A stretch of 64,000 nucleotides of DNA from Acidilobaceae archaeon (GTDB lineage Archaea; Thermoproteota; Thermoprotei_A; Sulfolobales; Acidilobaceae). The stretch is taken from NCBI GenBank assembly GCA_038824665.1, contig JAWBBK010000003.1:32318-96317 (forward strand), written 5' to 3'. Of this stretch, positions 55,981-64,000 are shown one piece after another (the first letter of the stretch is position 1; every line of letters begins with the position of its first letter). The notes beneath the pieces were generated by a model. That model made no database searches, was not told where the DNA came from, and worked only from the letters and a program-made list of their open reading frames with translations. Both the position numbers and the translations under genes were made by a program.

Positions 55981-56589
55981 ATGAGGGTGACCGTAGCCTT
56001 AACTGGAGCCAGTGGGATAAGAGTAGCCTTGCGTTTACTTCAACACTTGAGCTCTTTAAATATAGAGATTTATGGAATTATAGTAACTAAGACGGCTAAA
56101 ACGGTAGCGGAAGTCGAGGAGGGGTTGATGGAGGACGAGCTGATGAGAATCCTAAAAAGCTATGCTCGCGTTTACGAAAACGAAGACTATGACTCACCTC
56201 TGGCTAGTTCTTCTAATCAGTCTGACGCTATGGTGATAGTTCCAGCAAGCATGAAAACTATAGGGTTCATAGTCAACGGGATTCCCGAAGGTCTTGTAAG
56301 CAGAGCAGCTCTGGCCGTTCTCAGACTAAGGCGCAAATTGGTAGTAGCTCCTAGAGAGTCTCCACTAGGAGTTTCTGAACTTCGAAATCTCTACAAGTTG
56401 GCGCTGAGCGGTGCCATAGTTGTCCCCATCACGTTAGCTTTCTACAACCTTCCCAAGACTATAGATGATGTGATTGATTTTAATGTAGGCAAGATCTTAG
56501 ACGTCTTAGGAATAGAGCACAACGTATACAAGAGATGGGAAGGCCTCACAAGATTTAAAACTCCAAGCCCTAAGCCTCACGGGGGTTAG
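55981..56589 (+). CDS. ubiX: Flavin prenyltransferase UbiX
   Basis: ALTGASG, ASSS, PASMKT, RAA, PRESP, FY..PKTIDD. Confidence 0.93.
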   Translation: MRVTVALTGASGIRVALRLLQHLSSLNIEIYGIIVTKTAKTVAEVEEGLMEDELMRILKSYARVYENEDYDSPLASSSNQSDAMVIVPASMKTIGFIVNGIPEGLVSRAALAVLRLRRKLVVAPRESPLGVSELRNLYKLALSGAIVVPITLAFYNLPKTIDDVIDFNVGKILDVLGIEHNVYKRWEGLTRFKTPSPKPHGG

Positions 56590-56593
56590 CTGG

Positions 56594-56989
56594 ATGCCCG
56601 CATATCACGGCAGAGACCTGAAGAAGCCGAGTGGGGGCCGTAAAAACAAACCGTATAAAGTGAAAAGATGGGCTCTCAGAGGAGGAGAGCCCGTGCTGAC
56701 AAAGCTAAGCCAGAAGACTGAAGTCAAGATCGTCAGAGGTAGAGGAGGCAATCAAAAAATTAAGCTAACTTCTGTCTCTCACGCTGTAGTCTCTAATCCG
56801 AAGACTGGAGATACTAAGACGGTGAAGATACTCAACGTAGTCGAAACTCCAGCAAACAGAGAGTACGCTAGGAGAGGCATCATAGTCAAGGGGTCGATAA
56901 TACAGACAGAGCTGGGCAAGGCGGTAGTCACATCTAGACCTAGCCAAGACGGGGTAGTCAATGCCGTCCTCTTAGAGTCTTCAGGTTAG
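56594..56989 (+). CDS. rps8e: 30S ribosomal protein S8e
   Basis: YHGRDLKKPSGG, RGGN.K, PANREYARR.II.KG, TSRPSQDGVVNAVL. Confidence 0.97.
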   Translation: MPAYHGRDLKKPSGGRKNKPYKVKRWALRGGEPVLTKLSQKTEVKIVRGRGGNQKIKLTSVSHAVVSNPKTGDTKTVKILNVVETPANREYARRGIIVKGSIIQTELGKAVVTSRPSQDGVVNAVLLESSG

Positions 56990-56994
56990 TTTTT

Positions 56995-57282
56995 ATGGCT
57001 AGAATGCTGGTCTGGCCAGCTTATATAGACTGTAACGTTGGGAGGAGATCAGGCAGACGTCTTTCTAAAGACCTCTGTGTCAAAAAACCAACAATAGCCG
57101 AGATAGTAGTAGCGGCAGAGAAGCTAAACCTTAGACCTGAAGTAGTCAAGAAAAGCTATCCTAAACAATGGTGGACATATAAAGAAGCTGTGCTAGTAGA
57201 CAAGATAGGTAGCAAAAGAGCTACTTTAAAGATGTTAGCACAAAAAATACAAGACCTTAGAAAACATCATGTCTTGACTTGA
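56995..57282 (+). CDS. srp19: Signal recognition particle protein SRP19
   Basis: VWPAYID...R..GRR, P...EI..AA..L, YPK.WW. Confidence 0.93.
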   Translation: MARMLVWPAYIDCNVGRRSGRRLSKDLCVKKPTIAEIVVAAEKLNLRPEVVKKSYPKQWWTYKEAVLVDKIGSKRATLKMLAQKIQDLRKHHVLT

Positions 57283-58018
57283 ACTCTCTAAGCATAGGGA
57301 TCGCTTCTATTTTCTCTTTATCTAAAAGGCTCCAAAGGAGACCAGAAGGTCTTTGACCTCTCTCTACCACTTTTATAGTTCTCGTCGGCGTACAAATGAC
57401 GTCAACAGGGACGTCGTAAGGGTCTTGAGGGATCCTGTGGTCCAAGACCTGTACGTCGTGTACGGTCGTAGCTATGAGAACGTTCTGTTCTATAATTCCC
57501 AGCTCTAGCAGTATAGCGTACTCGAGCTCTCCATAACCTTCACCCTTACCCAGTCTTTCTCCGTAGGCGTTGACAGCCACACTACCCTCTACTATCATGT
57601 CAATAGAAGAGACGACTTTCGAGAGTTCCTTAACGCTTCTCAAAACTTTGCCAAACTCAAAAGCTCCTCTTATAGTTGAGACTCTTTCATAAAGAGCGGG
57701 CGGAACGGAGCGGGGCTCGATGATTATAAAGCCCTCTCTAAGCCTGGGTGTGGGCATTAGCAAGGTCTTTCCTTCTTCTAAAGCTCTCAGTCTAACCCAT
57801 CTCTGTGGAGAGTCAGGGTTTACCTTAACGATAGTAGCTCTTCTCCAACTGGGCTCTGCGAATAGCCTCTCGGCCGCTTCTCTGGCTCCCACAAAGTTTG
57901 GTATTCTACCCCATATCGGATATGGTGGGAGCGCTACCCTAAGTTCTAGCATCCTTCTCCAGACGGCGTTCCTAAGCTCGCTTTTCGTCTTCTTCTTGCT
58001 CTCCAAGACTTTCCTCAA
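57257..58018 (-). CDS. 5-formyltetrahydrofolate cyclo-ligase paralog (COG0212/MTHFSD-like)
   Basis: GRIPNFVGA, KVNPDSPQ, PTPRL, GSVAV..G.RLGKGEGY.ELEY, TTVHD.Q, DVPVD.I.TP. Confidence 0.9.
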   Translation of the reverse strand: MRKVLESKKKTKSELRNAVWRRMLELRVALPPYPIWGRIPNFVGAREAAERLFAEPSWRRATIVKVNPDSPQRWVRLRALEEGKTLLMPTPRLREGFIIIEPRSVPPALYERVSTIRGAFEFGKVLRSVKELSKVVSSIDMIVEGSVAVNAYGERLGKGEGYGELEYAILLELGIIEQNVLIATTVHDVQVLDHRIPQDPYDVPVDVICTPTRTIKVVERGQRPSGLLWSLLDKEKIEAIPMLREFKSRHDVF

Positions 58019-58737
58019 AGCCTCCTTCTCAACTCTTTAGCTACATCGAGAAGCAGAGCAAAATCGCCGGGAGAGGACAGTAGGACTCCATCAGCGTTGT
58101 TTGACATGTACTCAATGACCTCAAGAACTCTCTCTTTAGTTAAGGCTTTGGGTACCAACTCTTTGGGGATTCTGGATCCTCCCTCTTCTTTTACCACGAT
58201 CACATAAGGGTACAGAGCTTTCCCCTCTGTCTTAGCTCTTTCTGAGACAGCTTTGAACTTCTCGCTCTCTTCAAGTCTGAAGTTCAGAACCAAATAGAAG
58301 TCAGCCGGAACTCTTAATCGCCTCTCTATCTCTTCAAGAGGCTTCGATAAGCTTAAGAGAAGTCCAGGACTCAGCTTATGTGCTGACTTCTTGATCAGGG
58401 ACACAGCCTCTTCTGGGTTTAGCTCTTCTACCACCTTGTAGCCCGAGACCAAATCTCCTCTTAGGGGTACGACTCTCTCTACTTCACACAGACTTAGAGT
58501 GTTAATCATAGACTCAAATGCAAGCTTATTTAAATCTAAGAGTCTGATGTGAGAGATCACTCCGATTCTCTCTTCAACGGCTTTTATAAAACAAGAGACT
58601 ATCGGCGAAAAGAACCTGGTAGTCCCCAGAGGAGAGTCTGGAACGTCTATCCAATCAGCAACCTCAGCCAGTAACTTGATTCTCTTTTCGAGTTTCTCTC
58701 TGCTCTTTACAGGCTCCAACTCGACAACCAGTTCCAT
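58015..58737 (-). CDS. Divergent MetF (methylene-THF reductase)-like flavoprotein
   Basis: VELEP, IDVPDSPLG, HIRL.DLN, LRGD. Confidence 0.65.
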   Translation of the reverse strand: MELVVELEPVKSREKLEKRIKLLAEVADWIDVPDSPLGTTRFFSPIVSCFIKAVEERIGVISHIRLLDLNKLAFESMINTLSLCEVERVVPLRGDLVSGYKVVEELNPEEAVSLIKKSAHKLSPGLLLSLSKPLEEIERRLRVPADFYLVLNFRLEESEKFKAVSERAKTEGKALYPYVIVVKEEGGSRIPKELVPKALTKERVLEVIEYMSNNADGVLLSSPGDFALLLDVAKELRRRL

Positions 58738-58751
58738 GGGTCATACACCCG

Positions 58752-59669
58752 CTAAGTTGAAGCCATGTAAATCACAATTAAAGCTAGCAACATGAGGTAA
58801 AGGACTCTGTTCTTGTGTGCTAGAGCTGTCACAGGCTCAGGTTTTCTCAGCAGTCTAGCTAGGTCTCTGAGAGCTAAGAGGTCTATGACTATTATCGGAG
58901 GCAGATAGACAGCTAAATTGACGTCTCCTACGAAAGCTATAGCGAGACTAGAGGCTACAGCGATTAGATAGAATAGAGAAGCTAGGTACAAAGCCTTCTC
59001 AGGTCCCAACAGAACGGCTATGGTTTTAACTTCTTTTGCTCTATCGCCTTCTATGTCAGCTACGCTTTTAACTACTTCTCTTCCCAAGACAGCAGTGAAG
59101 GCCATAAACCAGATCAGCGCTAACCTTGTCCAATTCACTGAGTCTGGACCCAGATAGTGTGACACAGCCAGACCTCCGTAGGCGATAGGCAAAGCTGTGA
59201 CCCAGGCTACCACAACGTTTCCTAACAGAGGAGTTCTCTTGAGATAGAAGTTGTAAGAATGAGCCAGAACTAAAGCTATGAGAGCGAGTGCCGTTACTTG
59301 TGGCACAGGGTCTATCAGTAAAGACAATGCTATACCGATAAGGGCGGTTGCAAGCCCGACAGCCCAAGCCAACTCTAGACTAACTCTTCCCGAAGGTATA
59401 GGGCGCCAAGGAGCGTTTATCTTATCTATCTCATGATCGATTACGTCGTTTAGAGTCATTATAGAGGCCGAAATGAAGAACCCTCCTACCACATGAAGTA
59501 AGACCTGGTCTACAGGCATGAAGCTCAAAGGGAACTCTCCTGAAGCCATGGCTATCCCTACGAATATTCCCAAAACTCCCATCAAGCTATTGATTGGTCT
59601 GCTTAGTTCGATTAAACCCATGAGCGTCTCGATCAGACCAGACCTCACTCTAAAATCCCAAATGTTCAA
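58752..59669 (-). CDS. UbiA-family digeranylgeranylglyceryl phosphate synthase
   Basis: L.RP.N, ND..D.EIDKINAPWRPIPSGR, LK...L.GN, REVVKS..DIEGD. Confidence 0.9.
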   Translation of the reverse strand: MNIWDFRVRSGLIETLMGLIELSRPINSLMGVLGIFVGIAMASGEFPLSFMPVDQVLLHVVGGFFISASIMTLNDVIDHEIDKINAPWRPIPSGRVSLELAWAVGLATALIGIALSLLIDPVPQVTALALIALVLAHSYNFYLKRTPLLGNVVVAWVTALPIAYGGLAVSHYLGPDSVNWTRLALIWFMAFTAVLGREVVKSVADIEGDRAKEVKTIAVLLGPEKALYLASLFYLIAVASSLAIAFVGDVNLAVYLPPIIVIDLLALRDLARLLRKPEPVTALAHKNRVLYLMLLALIVIYMAST

Positions 59670-59785
59670 GAGGTAGATGAGAAGACTAGATATAGCTTTA
59701 ATAGCTCGACCTTACAAGAGATATGCGGGGAGTGTGTAAAGAATCTCTGAAGAGAAAGCTGATTGATGAGGTCGGTGAGTAAGAG

Positions 59786-60157
59786 ATGGCTAAGCTATTG
59801 ATTAAATTAGAGGCTCTAGCTCTCGATCTGATCAGAGAGAACAACGGGAGTATATTTCAAAGCGAGCTCTGGAAGAAGCTTAACCTAGACAGTAGAGAAG
59901 GGTCTCGTTTAGTTCTACGCCTTCTCCGAAAAGGTCTGATTAGAAGAGAAGAGGTCATGGTCAACGGAAGAAGGACTTACAGACTCTTCATAGTCGAAGA
60001 GAGCAAGAAAAAAACTTTAACGGTAAAGGTAAAACTCGACAACGTGTTAAAGATTCCATGTTTTACTTGTTTTCTACTCGAAGAGTGTGGTCATAGCGAA
60101 TTAAGCAATCCTTTGACCTGTCAACTACTCAGCTCTTGGCTTCAACGAGCTGAGTAA
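59786..60157 (+). CDS. tfeB: Transcription factor E beta subunit (RPC34/C39 homolog; wHTH + Fe-S cluster)
   Basis: QSELWK.L.LDSREGSR wHTH and C-terminal IPCFTC....C......P..C..L..W. Confidence 0.85.
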   Translation: MAKLLIKLEALALDLIRENNGSIFQSELWKKLNLDSREGSRLVLRLLRKGLIRREEVMVNGRRTYRLFIVEESKKKTLTVKVKLDNVLKIPCFTCFLLEECGHSELSNPLTCQLLSSWLQRAE

Positions 60158-60174
60158 AGATCTCAGCTGTTCGC

Positions 60175-61341
60175 TCAAGCTATCGCTGAAATTACGCTGT
60201 ACATGTCAGCATCCGTTCTGATAGCCAAAGGGCTGAAATGAGTACGAGTAGCTTTAAACCCCATGTTCTTAAGCTTCTCGATGAGTGTGCTTCTCGAAGG
60301 GACCTCTTTCTTCAAGAGCGAGGCCATCAAATCGAAGCGTTGTGTTGGATACCTTTGAATTTCGAGTTCTTCCTTTATCAAGCTCAAGATCTTGTTGAGT
60401 TTAGGCTTGGTGTTAATATATGAGAACTTAGAATGCAACAGCTCTTCTATCTTCTCAACGAAGGAGACAGACCAAAGATCTCCAACCCAGAGGGGTCCTA
60501 GCCTTTCTACGTTAGAACAGCTTTTCATCAGCTCCTCATCGAAAGCTACGTATCCTGAGTCCTTACAGAACATCAGATAACCTATGTTGTTTTCAAGCAT
60601 CTTCAGAGCTCTCTTGGCTCCTCTTTCGACTTTAATGAATACTCTAACGTAATAGTCGGTCCAAAGCGATAAGAGAGGTTCTACAGACTTGTCGTGCGTT
60701 GCTGCAACGCGAGCCATGAAGGCTAGGAGAACTCTAACGGCCACTTCTCTAGAATGTGGGGTTCTGCGAAGGACCGCTCCATATCTTCTCAAAGCTGCAC
60801 TGCTCTTAGAACCCTCCAGAACTGCGGTATCTGTTGCAGTAGCTGCGAGAAGCCCACCGCTTCCTATCAGAGTCAACGCTGAGTCTAGAAACGGAGCAGG
60901 AGACCCGTAGGGGTCCAAATCTATGAAAAGAACTGGAACCTTGCTCTCTCGGAGACGATACATTAAGGCGTTAGCGTCTCCACAATAGACACTCACCTTA
61001 TCCCATGCTGAGTTAAGTCTCACGTTCTCCTCTATGAGTTTACACGACTCGTAGTCCAGGTCTCCAGCGTACACCCTCATAACCCCTTCGACCTCTAGAG
61101 CGTATCTCAGAGTTCTCACTCCTGTAGCCGATAAAGGCTCAATAGCGATTATGGGTCTATGAGGAGCGTACCAACTTACGTAAGCTTGAAGAGCGATTAC
61201 GCTGAGGTCTCTGTTGAACTCCATTTTCGGATTGTAGAATACAGGAAGCCAGGCCGGCTCTAGACCGTGAGAGGCCACAGCTTCGTTCAAAGCGGGGACT
61301 TTTACTAGAGCATTGCCTTCTCTAATTACCCAATACAACAT
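60175..61341 (-). CDS. trm1: tRNA (guanine26-N2)-dimethyltransferase
   Basis: VFYNP.MEFNRD, ATGVR.LRYA.E, DLDPYGSP, TATD, GPLW.G, RTHF.P. Confidence 0.95.
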   Translation of the reverse strand: MLYWVIREGNALVKVPALNEAVASHGLEPAWLPVFYNPKMEFNRDLSVIALQAYVSWYAPHRPIIAIEPLSATGVRTLRYALEVEGVMRVYAGDLDYESCKLIEENVRLNSAWDKVSVYCGDANALMYRLRESKVPVLFIDLDPYGSPAPFLDSALTLIGSGGLLAATATDTAVLEGSKSSAALRRYGAVLRRTPHSREVAVRVLLAFMARVAATHDKSVEPLLSLWTDYYVRVFIKVERGAKRALKMLENNIGYLMFCKDSGYVAFDEELMKSCSNVERLGPLWVGDLWSVSFVEKIEELLHSKFSYINTKPKLNKILSLIKEELEIQRYPTQRFDLMASLLKKEVPSRSTLIEKLKNMGFKATRTHFSPLAIRTDADMYSVISAIA

Positions 61342-61422
61342 CTCTCCCTATTTGAAGAAAACTTCATTATTATTTTAAACACTATTAGCTTTCGGAAGGA
61401 CTTAAAAAGTGGTCTAAGAACT

Positions 61423-62412
61423 ATGGAAGAAATGCCCACTTTTTCACAACTTAAAAAAGCTCTAGAAGAGCTGAGAGACCTTTTGAGAAAAGAAGAGAAC
61501 GGCGAAGTTCCCGGGTTTGTTGATGGGTTCAAAAGAAAAGGGGGAGTCGTGGAGCTGACTCTTCCTAAAGACATGAAGATTGCGGTGATTGGAGACATTC
61601 ACGGAGACTACGAGACGTTTTCGAAGATCTTGGAGGAGCTTGAAAATTCAGAGGTTGTGAAGAGAGGCGTTCTCATCACTCTAGGAGATTATATAGACAG
61701 AGGACCTCCGGAAGGACAGATCCTCCTTCTGTACAAGCTTTCTGAACTCAAGAAGGAGATGAAGACGAGGTTCATAATGCTAAGAGGCAACCACGAGCCT
61801 CCTTCGTGGCCGGTTCCTGAACCTCACGACTATCCCTGGGCCTTGAAAGAACTTTACGGCTATGAGAGAGGAGAAGAGCTATATTCTCTCTCTCGAGAAG
61901 TGTTCAATGTCATGCCTCATGCTGTAGTCTTAAAAGAAGTGGCTCTTCTAGTCCATGGAGGCCCTCCTACTCAGGTCGAGTCTTCTGATGTTTTCAGTTA
62001 TCTAGCTTACAATAGAGATGTCGAAGTTTTGAAAGAGATCCTGTGGAACGATCCTTCCGACGCAATAGAGCAGAGGGTTCAGAGTCCTAGAGGTGTTGGA
62101 TACCTTTGGGGCAGCAGTATCACAGAGAAAGTCCTATCTCTATTAGGAGTTAAATTCATAGTTCGAGGTCACGAACCTGCTTACTACGGTTTCAAGACAA
62201 ATCACGAAGACAAAGTGTTCACGCTGTTCTCTAGACTAGGGTCACCATACTACAACGAAAGAGCGGCCTTTCTAACCTGTTCTGTGGACGAGTTCGAAAA
62301 GGATCCGAAGAAGTGTGTGGTCTATGTGACTTCTTCAGGACTTTTCCATTGTTATGAAAATAAAGAAGGAAAAAAGAAGAAAAAAGAAGGAAAAAAACGA
62401 AAAAAGACGTAA
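61423..62412 (+). CDS. PPP-family Ser/Thr protein phosphatase (metallophosphoesterase)
   Basis: GDIHG, GDYIDRG, LRGNHE, HGG, LWNDP, RG.G..WG, RGHE, TLFS; Lys-rich tail. Confidence 0.9.
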   Translation: MEEMPTFSQLKKALEELRDLLRKEENGEVPGFVDGFKRKGGVVELTLPKDMKIAVIGDIHGDYETFSKILEELENSEVVKRGVLITLGDYIDRGPPEGQILLLYKLSELKKEMKTRFIMLRGNHEPPSWPVPEPHDYPWALKELYGYERGEELYSLSREVFNVMPHAVVLKEVALLVHGGPPTQVESSDVFSYLAYNRDVEVLKEILWNDPSDAIEQRVQSPRGVGYLWGSSITEKVLSLLGVKFIVRGHEPAYYGFKTNHEDKVFTLFSRLGSPYYNERAAFLTCSVDEFEKDPKKCVVYVTSSGLFHCYENKEGKKKKKEGKKRKKT

Positions 62413-62796
62413 AAGATGCGAATACGTTTAAAATTATATCGGTAGGGTATAGCTCGACTAGAATGGCTATACCCAAAGTCGTCTACACCATATTTGAAAC
62501 GACAATAGGCACGAGAAAGACCATTACGAATGTTAGAGTTCCACTTTAACGTGAAGTTCAGACTTCTTGACAGGAAGCCTCGTCTTCTAAGACAGAACGT
62601 TGTGACAATTTTTATAAACTTTATATATCCAGCTATTTTAGTGAAGCATACATCTAGCTCGCTCTGAGAGATAGGGTGGCACACCTGGGACCAGGATGTA
62701 AAGCTGAAGGAAGAGGAGCCGGAGATGTAGTTCTAAGCTTAGGGGTTCTCGTTCTTCAGGATGGAGGTCAGAACGGTATAGAATGGTGTATTAGTT

Positions 62797-63731
62797 TTGG
62801 ATAGTTCTCACAGAAAGGGGTTCATATTCGTTTTCATATTATCGGCTATATTCACAATAGCTTTATTCTACGCCACTTTTGAAGTATCGATATTCCTGGA
62901 CAAGATGCTTATTCAATACTTTCCTGAAGTGTTCTATGATGAGAAAGCTATGGAAAGAGTTCTCAGCGTTTTAAGACCTGTAGGCTATTTAGCATTAGCT
63001 ATAACCGCTCTCTTAATATTCTTAGGCTTCATGATTAGGAGAGGCATTTTAACCTCCTTGGGCTCTCTCGTTTTGTACATTCCTACGTTTGGCTATCTCG
63101 CATCGACTATGTTCTTTCTAGCGGGTTTGGGGGCTTTAAGAACTCTCTGGTTACCGTTACTCGAACTCTCTCCTTCATCTTTAAAACTTGGATGTGTAGT
63201 ATATTTACCCTTCTCAAGTGTTCCACAAGCACTTCTCATAGGAATGATCATTATGTTTATCGGTCTCTTCATATTCCTATTAGGTGTAACTTCGTGGCTC
63301 TATGGAAAATTCAAAGGCTATGACCTTGTGGACTTCTGGATTTATAGATATAGCAGACACCCTCAGTATCTTGGATTCATACTCTGGAGTTATGGTCTAT
63401 TAATATTTGTAGTCAGCAAGACCTACGTGAGAGGGACATTTACGACCCACCAGCACTTATATGGCTGATATCATCAATGCTCATAATAGGAATAGCTCTC
63501 TTCGAAGAGATCGAGATGAGAAAAAAGTATGGAGAAAAATACGAGGAATACTGTAGGAAAACTCCGTTCATGATCCCTCTACCGGGAATATTAGCTAAAG
63601 TTATAAGAGCACCTCTAAGATTCACAGAAGGACATCTAAGAAGTAAAAAAGAAATAGCTTTTGTAATAATCCTATACACAACAATACTCATAATGCTCTC
63701 TTACGTTCTCATGTTAATGTCGTTATGTTAG
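62797..63731 (+). pseudogene. ICMT/PEMT (DUF1295-like) membrane methyltransferase split by a frameshift
   Basis: The first ORF ends after IYRYSRHPQYLG; the second frame continues PPALIWLISSMLIIGIALFEE..M.KKYGEKYEEY..KTPFMIP, the family's C-terminal motif. Break at about 63440-63450. Confidence 0.75.
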
Positions 63732-64000
63732 CTTTAGATGGTTCAAGAGAATCGTGTTGAGATACAGCTCATACACATCCTATAGGCTTTTATGATTGTT
63801 TTCGACTCTAGGGCCTCTCTGAACTCACACTCAATCTTCTGCTTAACGCCACCTCAGCCAAAGCGTTCTTCTCGCGTTTTGAAAGAGGTATGATATAGGT
63901 AGCCGGCCCCGATAAAGCCTTCATGCTTGGGGGCTTCACCTCTCCATCGTACACCACGTATCCTGCAAATACTATCTCCTCTAACATCTTAAGAGGTAGT

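Noticed and set aside
59745-59785. C/D box sRNA (CTGA-t-TGATGA)
   Set aside because: No properly spaced upstream C box or terminal D box.
1513-63691. Many 60-140 aa shadow ORFs in the track (e.g. 17647-18063, 33424-33801, 35372-35749, 38960-39316, 57720-58040)
   Set aside because: They lie antisense or out of frame within confidently identified genes and have the Ser/Leu/Pro-rich composition typical of antisense frames.
1-64000. Visually high frequency of AGCT/CTAG/TCTAGA/GAGCTC palindromes
   Set aside because: Uniform across the window and explainable by preferred codons (CTA, GCT, AGA, GAG); not quantified, so not reported as a system.

Overview
Gene-dense core chromosomal region of a thermophilic crenarchaeon (Thermoproteota, most likely Desulfurococcales/Acidilobales-like). 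The assignment rests on Cren7, CdvB/CdvC, TFE-beta, an unlinked 5S rRNA and frequent TTG/GTG starts. The window has about 70 CDSs, three tRNAs (Arg-TCG, Ser-CGA, Asn-GTT) and a 5S rRNA. I found no CRISPR array, transposase or integrase. Signals the ORF track misses: (1) a replication origin with four ORB elements between rpiA and tiaS (21998-22297) and no adjacent orc1/cdc6; (2) a 46-aa peptide, 70% Glu with repeated FW motifs (7780-7920); (3) a GC-rich structured ncRNA candidate upstream of rpoL (25197-25268); (4) a mevalonate operon with an intact HMG-CoA synthase but a thiolase with no cysteine and a full-length HMG-CoA reductase homolog lacking its catalytic motifs; (5) AGTATTA (aCcr1-box-like) motifs upstream of cdvB, a Zn-ribbon gene and the lipid operon; (6) several genes that appear to need CTG/TTA/ATC starts; (7) frameshifted panE and ICMT-like genes and a degenerate ThiN domain. 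All family calls are by-eye motif recognition; no searches were run.
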